Notes under the pieces: generated by a model
The model's input: only the letters and a program-made list of their open reading frames with translations
The model's database searches: none
What the model was told of the DNA's origin: nothing
Translations under genes and position numbers: made by a program
Source of the DNA: an uncultured Acidibacter sp.
GTDB lineage: Bacteria > Pseudomonadota > Gammaproteobacteria > Steroidobacterales > Steroidobacteraceae
Length of the DNA: 64,000 nucleotides
Assembly: GCA_964533305.1 (NCBI GenBank)
Contig: CAZHLL010000001.1
Location: forward strand, 6,401 to 70,400
Direction of reading: 5' to 3'
Shown here: positions 47,414 through 57,679 of the stretch, piece by piece
How positions within the stretch are numbered: position 1 is the first letter of the stretch
Layout of the letters: every line of letters starts with the position of its first letter

Positions 47414-47566
47414 GCAAAAACCCCTTCATTGTCACGGCCTCTGATTGCGCGATGAGCAAGGCGGCAAGTCAATCTGGACACACGGCAACGTGTACCTTGC
47501 GGACAAGCAGCGGGAATTGCAGAGTGGAGTTGTTCGCGGTTAGCTAGGGCCGCCCAAGGGGGATGT

Positions 47567-48253
47567 ATGGACGTTCGCAGAAAGCAGTCAATGGTGGTTT
47601 TGCTGTGCGCCTTCTTTGGGCTGATGCAGACCCACGGCGAGACGGTGCAGGCAGAGGCGAGAGATGGTGAGGTGCCGACAGACTTCTGCGCACAGGCTCA
47701 ACAGTGGATTGTGAGTACCCAGCTCGTAGCCCGTAATGAAGTCTTTGACAACTTTGAAGCCTTCACCAAATCGAAACCCGTCGTCTCACCCCTCGTCACG
47801 ACACAATACACTTGGCCGCAGCGCCTGCCCGAAGGCGGCGCCATGCAGGTGTCATGCAAGATGAAAACGGCGGATCATCTGCACAGCGTCTTCGGGCCTG
47901 AGGCAGCAGGCCTGGACATCGGCTGTCGGGGAGTCAATGAACGCCTGCTCGAACAGGTGTTAGCCAATATGACCGAATCAGACCGTGCGCAGCTGAAAGT
48001 CACGCCGGGAGTCAGCCTGATCTTTGAGGACGATATCGTGACCGCGCAGGGCCCACTCTGGCTTGAGCCCTATCCCATGGTTCGCCGCCAAGCAGGCACG
48101 CTCATCGTACAAGCCAAAGGCATGAAAAACGATTGGAACGACCCCCGTTATGCGCAAGCGCCGCCGCAATTTCGAGGTACACGATATTGTCACCTGATCG
48201 CACCCGCTTACTTACGGGCGCTGCTGCTCGGTAAAGACGTCAGCGCATGGTGA
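47567..48253 (+). CDS. Hypothetical exported protein
   Basis: 228 aa. RBS GGGGGA. Signal [17 protein letters not shown] recognise no family. Confidence 0.5.
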   Translation: MDVRRKQSMVVLLCAFFGLMQTHGETVQAEARDGEVPTDFCAQAQQWIVSTQLVARNEVFDNFEAFTKSKPVVSPLVTTQYTWPQRLPEGGAMQVSCKMKTADHLHSVFGPEAAGLDIGCRGVNERLLEQVLANMTESDRAQLKVTPGVSLIFEDDIVTAQGPLWLEPYPMVRRQAGTLIVQAKGMKNDWNDPRYAQAPPQFRGTRYCHLIAPAYLRALLLGKDVSAW

Positions 48254-49592
48254 CAAATTCTTCGGCGCTGGTCGGATGGATGGCGATGGTTTCGTCGAAA
48301 TCCCGCTTGGTGGCGCCCATCTTGATGGCGACGGCAAAGCCCTGCAGCATCTCATCGGCGCCTGCTCCGATGACATGGCAACCCACGATGCGCTCGTCTC
48401 TTCCCACGGTCACGAGCTTCATTTCGGCTCGCGGCTTTCGCCGCGTCATGGCGTGATACATGGGGACAAACCCCGATCGATAGACCTTGATTTCTTTGTC
48501 GCCATAGCGATCGATTGCCTGCTGCTCGCCAAGACCCACCGTACCGATGGGGGGATGACTGAAGACCACCGTCGGAATCAGGCTGTAGTCGAGCTTGCGG
48601 TCGGTCATCCCACCCCACAACCGATCGGCTAAGCGGCGGCCGGCGGCAATGGCCACCGGCGTCAGCGGCGCATGCCCTGTGACATCGCCAATGGCAAAGA
48701 TATTGGCCACGTTGGTCTGCTGCCAAGGATCGACAGCGATGAAGCCACGGGGATCCAGTGCCACCGAGGCGCGCTCGAGACCGATGTCGGTCACGATGGG
48801 ATCCCTGCCCGCCGCCCAGAGCACCGCATCGAACGGACCCAGCGTGCGCTCATCCTGCAGCAGCACGCGCAGGCTACCATCCACATCACGCTCAATGGCG
48901 CGAGGGACGGCGTGCTCATGCAAGGCTATCCCCTCATGACGCATCACCGTCATCAGCCCATCCGACAACATGGTATCGAAATGGCGCAATAATCGATCCT
49001 GACGAAACGCGATCGTTACCTCACTGCCGAGCGCCGCAAACACGCCCGCAAACTCGACCGCCACGTAACCACTGCCAAGGAGACACACCCGCCGCGGACG
49101 CTCGTTGAGCTCAAAAAAATCATCTGATGACAAACCGAGCTCTGCGCCCGGAATAGGTGGCTTTGAAGGACGCCCCCCCGTCGCGATCACGATGCGCTCG
49201 GCCTGCAGAGTCTCATCGCCCACGCGTACCGAATTGGCCGTGACGAGCGTGGCCCACCCCTGATAGACCGCAATATTTTTCTTTGAAAGGTTAGTTGCGT
49301 AAATCCCGTTGAGCCGTGCCACATAGGCATCTCGCGCGGCACGCAACGCCGCCCAATCGTGTCCACGCGTCTCCAGAGAAAAACCATAGTCGGCCGCATC
49401 ATCCACAGCGTGAGCGATCTGGGCGGCGTTCCACATGACTTTCTTTGGTACGCACCCGACATTGACGCAGGTGCCACCAAGTCGTGCGGCCTCGACAATC
49501 GCCACTCGGGCACCGTACTCCGCGGCCCGTTGGGCACAGGCGAGACCGCCGCTACCGGCGCCAATCACAACAAGATCAAACTGCTGAGTCAT
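48240..49592 (-). CDS. gor: Glutathione-disulfide reductase
   Basis: 450 aa, collinear with E. coli Gor: [16 protein letters not shown] redox-active disulfide, [50 protein letters not shown]. Confidence 0.93.
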   Translation of the reverse strand: MTQQFDLVVIGAGSGGLACAQRAAEYGARVAIVEAARLGGTCVNVGCVPKKVMWNAAQIAHAVDDAADYGFSLETRGHDWAALRAARDAYVARLNGIYATNLSKKNIAVYQGWATLVTANSVRVGDETLQAERIVIATGGRPSKPPIPGAELGLSSDDFFELNERPRRVCLLGSGYVAVEFAGVFAALGSEVTIAFRQDRLLRHFDTMLSDGLMTVMRHEGIALHEHAVPRAIERDVDGSLRVLLQDERTLGPFDAVLWAAGRDPIVTDIGLERASVALDPRGFIAVDPWQQTNVANIFAIGDVTGHAPLTPVAIAAGRRLADRLWGGMTDRKLDYSLIPTVVFSHPPIGTVGLGEQQAIDRYGDKEIKVYRSGFVPMYHAMTRRKPRAEMKLVTVGRDERIVGCHVIGAGADEMLQGFAVAIKMGATKRDFDETIAIHPTSAEEFVTMR

Positions 49593-49630
49593 GCGTGTAT
49601 CGTAACTCGGACTCCAGTACTCTTGGGGTC

Positions 49631-50416
49631 ATGCTCACCACGATTGCAAGCTGGAACGTCAACTCCTTACGCGTGCGGCTACCGCAGTTGCGCGATTGGC
49701 TCACGGGGACTTCGATCGATACGCCGGATATCATTGCGCTGCAGGAAACGAAACTGACTGACGAGGACTTTCCGCAAGAGGAGATCGAAGCCCTTGGGTA
49801 TCAGGTGGCCTACGCAGGTCAACGAACCTATAACGGCGTCGCCGTCTTGTCTCGTGAACCGATCGAGGTCATCGCCACGGATATCCCGGGCTTTGATGAC
49901 CCTCAACGGCGGGTGTTGGCAGTCCAAACACGAGGCTTGCTCGTCGTGGATCTGTACGTGCCCAATGGCCAATCGGTCGACTCGGACAAATACCGTTACA
50001 AGCTTGATTGGTTGCGCGCGCTCCATGCTTGGCTCGGAAATCTGAGCCCGAGTAGCACGCCTATGATCGTGCTCGGTGACTTCAACATCGCACCCGAAGA
50101 TCGCGACGTGCATGATCCTGCTGCCTGGGAAGGGAAGGTACTGGTCAGCGCCGCGGAGCGAGCCGCGCTGCAGGCGGTGCTGGATCTGGGCTTGGTCGAT
50201 GTGTACCGCCGCTTTGATCAACCCGAGCGCAGCTTCAGTTGGTGGGATTATCGGGCAGCCGGTTTTCGCCGCAATCTCGGCCTGCGTATCGATCTGATCC
50301 TTGCTGGCCAATCATTGGCGCAGCACTGCGTGAAAAGCTGGATCGACAAGGAACCGCGACGAGCCGAGCGACCCTCGGACCACACTCCCGTGCTCGCGCA
50401 GTTCGAGCACGGCTAG
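49631..50416 (+). CDS. Exodeoxyribonuclease III (copy 2)
   Basis: 261 aa from MLTTIASWNVNSLRVRLPQL. IIALQETK, VLGDFNIAPEDRD, WWDYR, RIDLIL, SDHTPVL. Confidence 0.88.
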   Translation: MLTTIASWNVNSLRVRLPQLRDWLTGTSIDTPDIIALQETKLTDEDFPQEEIEALGYQVAYAGQRTYNGVAVLSREPIEVIATDIPGFDDPQRRVLAVQTRGLLVVDLYVPNGQSVDSDKYRYKLDWLRALHAWLGNLSPSSTPMIVLGDFNIAPEDRDVHDPAAWEGKVLVSAAERAALQAVLDLGLVDVYRRFDQPERSFSWWDYRAAGFRRNLGLRIDLILAGQSLAQHCVKSWIDKEPRRAERPSDHTPVLAQFEHG

Positions 50417-51135
50417 CGCGTCAACACCACATCCACCGGCGGCGCATCGACCGCAACCACGAAGCGCGCATACCACTCATCGAGGTGGGTGCACAGCAGC
50501 TCGTGACCTTCGATGCGAAGACTGGCATCTGCGGCAGTCTCTCGCAGCAGATCGAGCAAACCATCGCGATCCAGAGCGCGTTCGCACTCCATCGCAAGCG
50601 GCGCATAACTCAAATGCCAAGGCTCGGGACACACTCCGCCGCGATCTGTGCGATACGGCTGATAAAAACCAAAGCGATGCATGTGTTGCTGCAGCCAGTC
50701 ATGCAATCTTGCCTGATGCCCCCCTGCGGCGTATTCGGCCGGCACGAGCTGCAAGCCCGCCTCGCCCACGGCCACGGCCACGCGATCATAGACATCGCAA
50801 TCGGTACCCCAATGATGGCGGCTGGCACCGGGGATGGCCGACCAGCGCATGATGGCTTCGAGACGTGCACGTGGCTCGAGTTGGTGGCCATCAATGATTT
50901 CGCCCGCGGCATTGCGCACTGGCCTCTCAAGACGAAACTTGGCGTTCCAGATGGCACGTTGGCGCGCAAAGTCACGCCAGGAACTGGCCGCAGCCAGATC
51001 GATACCCACTTCGGCCGCTGCGGCACAGAGGGCCAAAAAAGCATCGGCGGCCTCAGGCTGTAGACGATGATCCGTGCCCGCAAGCTGGGTCACGTGTGCC
51101 GAAGAACGGCCGGTCAAGGCCAAAAAATCGATCAT
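50413..51135 (-). CDS. M15-family D-alanyl-D-alanine carboxypeptidase-like metallopeptidase
   Basis: 240 aa: SSWRDFARQRAIW, SRHHWGTDCDVYD, EPWHLSY (VanY/M15B-type zinc ligand pattern). Confidence 0.75.
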   Translation of the reverse strand: MIDFLALTGRSSAHVTQLAGTDHRLQPEAADAFLALCAAAAEVGIDLAAASSWRDFARQRAIWNAKFRLERPVRNAAGEIIDGHQLEPRARLEAIMRWSAIPGASRHHWGTDCDVYDRVAVAVGEAGLQLVPAEYAAGGHQARLHDWLQQHMHRFGFYQPYRTDRGGVCPEPWHLSYAPLAMECERALDRDGLLDLLRETAADASLRIEGHELLCTHLDEWYARFVVAVDAPPVDVVLTR

Positions 51136-51142
51136 GCCCAGC

Positions 51143-51796
51143 TCACCGACCGCTTATCGAATCGCCTGAGTGCGCTTGCTGCGAACAGGCGTCAATGGCT
51201 TGTAAAAAAACGTCGAGGGGCTGCGCTCCGGAAAACGCCATCCGACGATCAAAAATAAAAGTGGGTACACCACTGATCCGCCAGCTTTGCGCCTGATGCT
51301 CAAGACGCTCCACCTCATGGGCGAGCTTCATGTCGCTGAGCGCAGCTTGTGCATGCTCGGCGAGCATACCGGCCTCCTGCGCAAGCGAAAGCAGCACAGT
51401 CGCATCACCGATATCTTTGCCTTCGGTGAAGTAAGCGTAAAACAAACGCTCAACCAGCGTTTGCTGCAGCAGCGGCTCCGCTGCCTGCAGCAGCATGTGA
51501 GCACGGCGGGTGTTGGGTGAGCGATGGATCTCATCAAAATTGAATTGCAGCCCCAGCTCACTGCCAAGACCCACGAGCTGACGCTGCGCCTCGTCAAATC
51601 GCGAAAGATCACCAAAACGCTCGCGCATGTATTCGCGCCGATCGCGCCCCTCGATTGGCATGGAAGGATTCAGCTCAAATGGCAGCCAGCTGACCTTGAT
51701 AGCCAAGGTCGCACGTGCCTTGAGCGCGGCGGCCAGACGCGCCTTTCCCACATAGCACCAGGGACAGACCAGATCGGAATACACCTCGATATGCAC
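51143..51796 (-). CDS. DsbA/FrnE-like thiol oxidoreductase (2-hydroxychromene-2-carboxylate isomerase family)
   Basis: HIEVYSDLVCPWCYVGKARL ... GVPTFIF. The track ORF extends to 52153, but that extension is antisense to yheS. GTG at 51796 (or 51811) is the likely start. Confidence 0.8.
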   Translation of the reverse strand: MHIEVYSDLVCPWCYVGKARLAAALKARATLAIKVSWLPFELNPSMPIEGRDRREYMRERFGDLSRFDEAQRQLVGLGSELGLQFNFDEIHRSPNTRRAHMLLQAAEPLLQQTLVERLFYAYFTEGKDIGDATVLLSLAQEAGMLAEHAQAALSDMKLAHEVERLEHQAQSWRISGVPTFIFDRRMAFSGAQPLDVFLQAIDACSQQAHSGDSISGR

Positions 51797-51830
51797 GCCG
51801 CAAGGATACACAAGCCCGTAGAATTCGCGG

Positions 51831-53720
51831 GTGATCCATCTGCGTGAAGTGTCGCTGCGTCGCGGACCCAAACTACTGCTTGCGGAGGCAAGCCTCAGCA
51901 TTCTGCGAGGTGAGAAAATCGGCTTAGTGGGACGCAACGGCAGCGGCAAGTCCTCGTTGATGGCACTGCTGCGTGGTGAACTCACCGCCGACACGGGTGA
52001 AGTCGAAGTGCCGGGCCACTTGTGTCTCGCAAGCGTGGCGCAATCACTGCCCGATACAGACAGACCCATGATCGAGCACGTGATTGATGGCGATGTCGCC
52101 TTGCGCGCGTTGGAAGCAGCGATCGCCAAAGCACGTGCCAACGGCGACGGCATGGCCGAGGCTGAGGCCTTGGCGGAGGCGGATTCCGCTGGCCTTTACA
52201 GCGCAAGGAGCCGCGCAGCAGGTCTGCTCGATGGCCTCGGGGTCAACAGCGCGGATATCGATCGCCCTCTCAGCGAATTTTCAGGTGGACTACGCATGCG
52301 CGCGAATCTCGCGCAAGCGTTGATGTGCAAGTCCGATGTACTGCTGCTCGATGAGCCCACCAATCACCTCGATCTGGATGCCGTGCTTTGGCTCGAAGAT
52401 TGGCTACGTCGCTACGAGGGCAGCCTGGTGATTGTCTCGCACGATCGTGATTTTCTGGATGCCATCGTGGGTCGGGTCATCCATCTGGAACTCGGTGCGG
52501 TGAGCTCATTCACCGGAAACTACAGCGACTTTGAATCCCAGCGTGCCCAACGCGCCCTGCATGTCGAAGCCCGCAACCGCAAGCTGCAGCGCGAGCTTGC
52601 GCATGTGCAAAACTTTGTCGATCGCTTTCGCGCTCAGGCCACCAAGGCAAGACAAGTTCAGAGCCGCATCAAGTGGCTGGAACGTCTCCCCACCTTGGTC
52701 ACGCAACAAAGCGAGCGTGCCTATGAATGGCAATTCGTACCGCCAACCAAGCTGCCCACCCCCCTACTCACCCTTGAGAAAGTCGCGGCTGGCTACAGCG
52801 AGCGACGAATTTTGCGCGATGTGACGCTGTCGATACGCCCCGGACACCGTCTTGGACTGCTGGGACGGAATGGGGCGGGCAAATCCACGCTCATGCGTAC
52901 GCTCGCCGGCGAACTTGGCATTCTGTCGGGTACACGTTTAGCGGCGCCGGATTTACGTGCCGGTTTCTTTGCCCAGCTTGAAGTCGAGCAACTCGACGCG
53001 AATGCATCCGCCATGCTGGAGTTGAGCCGGCGCGGGGGATCCAAGGTCGCTAATTGGACAGAACAAGCCAAGCGAACCCACCTTGGCGGCTTTGGTTTTC
53101 GAGACGATCGGGTCTTCGAACCCATCGGCCAGTTTTCAGGGGGTGAACGCGCTCGGCTTACGCTGGCTATTCTCGTTGCCCAAGCCCCCAATCTACTGTT
53201 GTTGGATGAACCCACCAATCATCTCGATCACGAAATGCGCGATGCCTTGTTGCTCGCACTGCAAGAGTTCGCGGGGGCCGTGATTCTCGTCTCACATGAC
53301 CGTAGCCTGCTGACCGCTGTCTGCGATGAATTTTGGTGGGTCAGGAGCCAAGGCGAACTCGTCCGTTTTGAAGGCGATCTCGAAGATTACCGCCGCGCCC
53401 TGCAGGCCGATGCAGCGAGCGTCGCCGCACCGGCGCAAGCCAAACCCTCGACGAAGATCCGCAGCAAAAAACCAAATCTCACGCCAATAAAGTCTGAAAT
53501 AAGGAAAATTGAATCACAAATAGAACAATCAGAGGCGAAAAAACGGGAACTCGAAACGCAATTGGCGGACCCGATGCGCTACGCCAGCGATGATCCGCAG
53601 CAGATGGCTGTGATCGGCCAGCAGCACGCCGAACTCGCCCGAGCACTGGCGCAGCTGGAGGAGCGATGGCTCGAGTTGAGCGCGATCGTCGAGGAACACG
53701 ACGCGCGAGACCGGCCTTAG
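51831..53720 (+). CDS. yheS: ABC-F family ATPase YheS
   Basis: 629 aa with a GTG start, collinear with E. coli YheS: FSGGLRMRANLAQAL, LLLDEPTNHLDLDAVLWLE, VQNFVDRFRAQATKARQVQSRIKWLER, second cassette GRNGAGKSTL. Confidence 0.9.
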   Translation: MIHLREVSLRRGPKLLLAEASLSILRGEKIGLVGRNGSGKSSLMALLRGELTADTGEVEVPGHLCLASVAQSLPDTDRPMIEHVIDGDVALRALEAAIAKARANGDGMAEAEALAEADSAGLYSARSRAAGLLDGLGVNSADIDRPLSEFSGGLRMRANLAQALMCKSDVLLLDEPTNHLDLDAVLWLEDWLRRYEGSLVIVSHDRDFLDAIVGRVIHLELGAVSSFTGNYSDFESQRAQRALHVEARNRKLQRELAHVQNFVDRFRAQATKARQVQSRIKWLERLPTLVTQQSERAYEWQFVPPTKLPTPLLTLEKVAAGYSERRILRDVTLSIRPGHRLGLLGRNGAGKSTLMRTLAGELGILSGTRLAAPDLRAGFFAQLEVEQLDANASAMLELSRRGGSKVANWTEQAKRTHLGGFGFRDDRVFEPIGQFSGGERARLTLAILVAQAPNLLLLDEPTNHLDHEMRDALLLALQEFAGAVILVSHDRSLLTAVCDEFWWVRSQGELVRFEGDLEDYRRALQADAASVAAPAQAKPSTKIRSKKPNLTPIKSEIRKIESQIEQSEAKKRELETQLADPMRYASDDPQQMAVIGQQHAELARALAQLEERWLELSAIVEEHDARDRP

Positions 53721-53752
53721 AGAGAACGTGACCTTGGCCAGACAGGGAGCCC

Positions 53753-53785
53753 CAAAAGAAAATGGGCGGATCTTGCGATCCGCCC
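53753..53785 (-). terminator. Rho-independent terminator for the Mla-type operon (possibly bidirectional)
   Basis: Stem GGGCGGATC (53764-72), loop TTGC, stem GATCCGCCC (53777-85). On the minus strand the stem is followed by ATTTTCTTTTGGG. Confidence 0.65.
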
Positions 53786-53884
53786 AAACGGGGGTCACTC
53801 GTCAGAAGGGACGGTTGACGTGGTCAGGATAGCGAAATCGCGCCGGGTGTCAAGCTTTTGTACATCAAAAACACTGAACTGAAC

Positions 53885-54562
53885 CTATACAGCCTCAGGT
53901 TGGGAGGCCACGGCTCGCGGTAGTGCGGGGTCAGAGAGCGCTTGGCTGAGCTGGGTCAGCACCTCGCTGCCCGCCTGCTCGAAGGCCGCAATAATGGCGC
54001 TCATGCGGTTTTGCGCCACCGGCACCACTGAGCCCACCGTGAAGCTCGTCAACACGTCGCGCCGAGCGCGATCCAACAGCGTGATGTCGAGCTGTACGTG
54101 TACCCTCGGTTGCCGAGGATCCATCGAGTAGTCGGCATCGAACCGTCGAACCACCACCTGCAGCAAGGCCTCAGCGCGCGCCGAGGAGAGTGGCTCGAGC
54201 ACCTCGCCGATCCCCGCGGCCTTCAAACCGTCCACCAGCATGCCTTCGACCACCCGAGGCAGTACATCGGGCCAACGGCTTGCTGCGTACACATCCAGAG
54301 TTCGGTCTGGACCCGAGCGCAGGATGGCATCGGTTGCATATCCGGGGCGCACTCGAACCGGCAACACCTGCAGTCGAAACGGGCTCTCCACCTGTACCGC
54401 GCTGACGATGGGCCGCAGCACATAAACCTCGGCGCGAGGAGCGCTGCTTTGCAAACTAGGCGTACATGCTGCGAGAAACATGCAGACGACCAAAGAAATC
54501 GGACGCCAGAATGAGGAACTCCAACGCGATGGCAACAGGAATGATGGCGGCACGTATTTCAT
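53885..54562 (-). CDS. ABC-transport auxiliary lipoprotein (PqiC/DUF330-like)
   Basis: 225 aa with lipobox FLAAC. It is the last gene of the MlaE/F/D-type operon and overlaps the MCE gene by 4 nt. Confidence 0.65.
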   Translation of the reverse strand: MKYVPPSFLLPSRWSSSFWRPISLVVCMFLAACTPSLQSSAPRAEVYVLRPIVSAVQVESPFRLQVLPVRVRPGYATDAILRSGPDRTLDVYAASRWPDVLPRVVEGMLVDGLKAAGIGEVLEPLSSARAEALLQVVVRRFDADYSMDPRQPRVHVQLDITLLDRARRDVLTSFTVGSVVPVAQNRMSAIIAAFEQAGSEVLTQLSQALSDPALPRAVASQPEAV

Positions 54563-55494
54563 CTTGGAACCTCGATACCTTTGGGCTCGGGCTGAAAGAG
54601 CAACTGTGACGGGTTCTCGCGCAAGCTGCGGGCGAGCGCCTCAATCTCGGTCGCTGCTGCGCGACTCTCCCGCGTGAGCTGTTCGATTTCAGGCAGCCCG
54701 TGCCGGGTGAACTCGGTCAAACCTGCCGCATTTTCGGCTACCAGTGTGTCCAGCCTGGCGGTGGCACTCGCCATATTGCTCGCCACCTCATCGACGCGTT
54801 GCACGACCTCTCGGATCAAAGGAGCTGATTCCTGCGTGGTCACGCGCAAACTTGCTGCCACTTGTCGCAGATCACCGGCAATGAGTCGTAAATCTTTGGC
54901 GAGCGCATCTACCTCTTGCATGGTGTCGGGCAGTGTGCGGCTTGCTAAATCGAGATTGGCGATCACACCGGACAGCGCTTCGATATTGTCATCGGACAGC
55001 AAACGGCTCGCACGCTGAGCCACCTCGGAAGCCCTGCCCATCACCTCGGGTACGCCACTCAAGATCACATCAAAGCCCGAGCGTACCGAGCGGATGACGG
55101 GATAGCGATCTCCCGGGACTACGGCCGATAAGCGTTTGGTCCCGGCATCGCCGAGCAAATCGATGTACAACAAGCCAGTCACACCCAGTAGCGACAGTTC
55201 AGCCACGGTTTTGTCGGATATCGGCGCTTCTTGGTCGATATCAACCAGCACCTGTACCCGTGCCGCATTGCGCGGATCAATGCGCATACTGACCACTCGC
55301 CCGATGTCGACACCCAGATATCTGACGGTGCTCCCCACGGTCAAGCCGCTGACGGAGCCTTCAAAGTAAACTTCGTAACGATCGAAGTCGCGGGAATCAC
55401 GCGCATCCGAGTACCAAAAAACGACTGCGGTCGCCAAGGCGATGACCAGCAATACGAAAGCCCCCACGGCGGCATAGTTGGCTTCACGTTCCAT
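54559..55494 (-). CDS. MlaD/MCE-domain protein
   Basis: N-terminal anchor ANYAAVGAFVLLVIALATAVVFW, then the MCE domain YEVYFEGSVSGLTVGSTVRYLGVDIGRVVSMRID. The start is set at M11 (ATG 55494). Confidence 0.85.
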   Translation of the reverse strand: MEREANYAAVGAFVLLVIALATAVVFWYSDARDSRDFDRYEVYFEGSVSGLTVGSTVRYLGVDIGRVVSMRIDPRNAARVQVLVDIDQEAPISDKTVAELSLLGVTGLLYIDLLGDAGTKRLSAVVPGDRYPVIRSVRSGFDVILSGVPEVMGRASEVAQRASRLLSDDNIEALSGVIANLDLASRTLPDTMQEVDALAKDLRLIAGDLRQVAASLRVTTQESAPLIREVVQRVDEVASNMASATARLDTLVAENAAGLTEFTRHGLPEIEQLTRESRAAATEIEALARSLRENPSQLLFQPEPKGIEVPR

Positions 55495-56284
55495 GCAATA
55501 CTCCAAAGCGGCGAGCGCGGTCACCGTGAAAATAAGCCTGTATCCAAGGATGCGGGTGATCGACGATGTTCTTCAACTCATCCGCGACCAATTTGCGATC
55601 GACAATCACCCCGACCCGATTACAGGTCCGAAAAATACTGTCGAGATCATGGGTGATCATGACGACAGTCAGGGCAAGCTCGCGCTGCAGCCCGACCAAT
55701 AATTCGTCAAAGGCGGCGGCGCTGATGGGGTCGAGGCCCGATGTCGGCTCATCGAGCATCAGCAGCGGCGGATCCAGTGCCAGCGCACGCGCCAAGGCCG
55801 CACGCTTGATCATGCCGCCGGAAAGCTGAGCGGGGTACTTCCAGGCGGCCTCCGCGGGCAAGCCCACCAATTTGAGCTTGAGCATCGCCAATTCATCGAG
55901 CGCCCGCGGCGGTAATGTCAAATGCTCAAGCATCGGCAACTGGATGTTTTGCAGAACCGTCAGCGCACTGAACAGCGCCCCCGCCTGAAAAGTGACTCCG
56001 TAGAGCTGCTTGGCAAGGCGCAACTCACGGCTTCCGAGTGCATTGAGATCGACGCCGAAGATCCGCACTTCCCCCGCTTGCGGCCGTCGCAAGCCGAGTA
56101 TCGTGTTGAGCAGAACACTTTTGCCGGAGCCCGAGCCACCGACAATGCCAAAGATTTCACCGCGATGCACGAGCATGTCCAGATTTTCATGAACGGTCTG
56201 CGCGCCAAAGCGATTGACCACCCCCAATGCGGCCACAGCGGGTGCAGACGGATCTATCCCCAGCGTTTCGATTCCGATCGGCAT
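55484..56284 (-). CDS. MlaF-like ABC transporter ATP-binding protein
   Basis: 266 aa: GGSGSGKS (Walker A), LSGGMIKRAALARAL, LLMLDEPTSGLD. Confidence 0.88.
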   Translation of the reverse strand: MPIGIETLGIDPSAPAVAALGVVNRFGAQTVHENLDMLVHRGEIFGIVGGSGSGKSVLLNTILGLRRPQAGEVRIFGVDLNALGSRELRLAKQLYGVTFQAGALFSALTVLQNIQLPMLEHLTLPPRALDELAMLKLKLVGLPAEAAWKYPAQLSGGMIKRAALARALALDPPLLMLDEPTSGLDPISAAAFDELLVGLQRELALTVVMITHDLDSIFRTCNRVGVIVDRKLVADELKNIVDHPHPWIQAYFHGDRARRFGVLHGT

Positions 56285-57393
56285 CAGATTCCGATCTCCA
56301 TGAACAGCACGGCGAACAAGGCATCCGCCAGAATCACCAGAAAAATCGCCTGCACCACAGCCACGGTGGTCAATCGACCAAGCTCGCGGGAAGAACCCCG
56401 TACCTGCAAACCACGATAGGTGCCTGCCATGGCGATCAACAAGGCAAAGACCGGAGCCTTGATAATACCCACCCAGAATGTCCAGACGCCGATCGACTCT
56501 TCAGCGCGCTGGAAGTATTGCACCAACGGCATGTCGAGCAGCATATGGCAAAGCAAGGCTCCGCCCAGTACCCCCACGACATCGGCAATCACGGTCAATA
56601 AAGGCAGCGCAATCACAAGGCCAATCACTCGCGGCAAAATCAAGACCTCGATGGGTTGCACGCCGGTGGCATCGAGTGCGTCGATTTCCTGATTGAGCTT
56701 CATGGCGCCGATCTCTGCAGCGAATGCACTGCCGGAGCGTCCGGCGACAATGATCGCCGTCAGTAATACCCCCAATTCGCGCAACACACCCACCGTCACG
56801 AGATCAACTACAAAGATATCAGCACCGAATTGACGCAGCTGCTGGGCACCCATATAGGCGATGATGACACTGATCAAAAATGCGATCAGTGCCACGATCG
56901 GAATGGCCGTGATACCCGTGTCATAGACATGGCGCGCGATGGAGGTCGGCCGCCAGTGCCGCGGCGTAAACAATCCGGCCAGAAAGCGCAGCGTAATTTC
57001 GCCCATGAAGGCAAGACCCGCGCGCACCGCTTTGCCGCGATCAAGCACGTTACGACCGAGAGCGGTCACGGGGCGAAAGTTTTTCTCAGGCCTGACGAAA
57101 TCCGGACCCGCCGCATCAAGCGTATCAACAACGAGCTTCAGCGTCGGTGGAATGCCGCGGGGATAGTCGACCTCCAGCGAGCTTGACTGCCATCGCTCAA
57201 TGAAATCATGCAGTAACCAGGCACCGCTCAATTCGAGCCGAAAATCGTCATCGGGCTCGATTGAAATGCGAGTGCAGACGCCGACGCTCAGCGTTGCCAG
57301 CTCCTGCTCGATCTGCCACAACTGCGCAGCCACCCACTCGCCTGTGAGGGCGAGATGCAAGGTGTCATCGCGCGAAGTAGCGCGATGGAACAT
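56284..57393 (-). CDS. MlaE-family ABC permease with a STAS-like N-terminal extension
   Basis: 369 aa. The C-terminal ~250 aa has the MlaE pattern (GAQQLRQFGADIFVVDLV, GRSGSAFAAEIGAMKLNQEIDAL). The ~110-aa N-terminal extension reads TLHLALTGEW.... Confidence 0.85.
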   Translation of the reverse strand: MFHRATSRDDTLHLALTGEWVAAQLWQIEQELATLSVGVCTRISIEPDDDFRLELSGAWLLHDFIERWQSSSLEVDYPRGIPPTLKLVVDTLDAAGPDFVRPEKNFRPVTALGRNVLDRGKAVRAGLAFMGEITLRFLAGLFTPRHWRPTSIARHVYDTGITAIPIVALIAFLISVIIAYMGAQQLRQFGADIFVVDLVTVGVLRELGVLLTAIIVAGRSGSAFAAEIGAMKLNQEIDALDATGVQPIEVLILPRVIGLVIALPLLTVIADVVGVLGGALLCHMLLDMPLVQYFQRAEESIGVWTFWVGIIKAPVFALLIAMAGTYRGLQVRGSSRELGRLTTVAVVQAIFLVILADALFAVLFMEIGI

Positions 57394-57635
57394 CAGGTCA
57401 GGGCTTTGTGCGAACCGTCACACAGAGGCGCCTTGGTCGTGTGTTTGCAGGCGCAGAACCATTGCTTGCCGGTGCTCTCGGCCTCGTATTTCATCGGCGC
57501 AAAATCGGTGCCCTTGTGCGAACCATCGCAGAAAGGCTGCTTGGCCGAGCGGCCACACGTGCACCACCAATAGGTTTTACCGGCTTCCACTTCGACGGCG
57601 ATCGGCGCGCGCGCCGCAATGACGGGTTCTGACAT
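57393..57635 (-). CDS. CDGSH-type iron-sulfur protein with two CDGSH motifs
   Basis: 80 aa from MSEPVIAA (ATG 57635). CTCGRSAKQPFCDGSH and CACKHTTKAPLCDGSH. Its stop overlaps the mlaE-like start by 1 nt (TGATG). Confidence 0.8.
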   Translation of the reverse strand: MSEPVIAARAPIAVEVEAGKTYWWCTCGRSAKQPFCDGSHKGTDFAPMKYEAESTGKQWFCACKHTTKAPLCDGSHKALT

Positions 57636-57653
57636 GACAAACCTCTCCGAAGG

Positions 57654-57679
57654 TAGACTGTGAATATGCTGCCAGTCTA
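57654..57679. promoter_or_regulatory. 7-bp inverted repeat in the divergent CDGSH/purT intergenic region
   Basis: TAGACTG-N12-CAGTCTA, about 20 bp upstream of the CDGSH start. Confidence 0.25.

Noticed and set aside
51797-52153. A 119-codon N-terminal extension of the DsbA/FrnE-like ORF.
   Set aside because: The extension is antisense to the first 320 nt of yheS and is Ser/Pro/Arg-rich. The thioredoxin fold begins right after the GTG at 51796.
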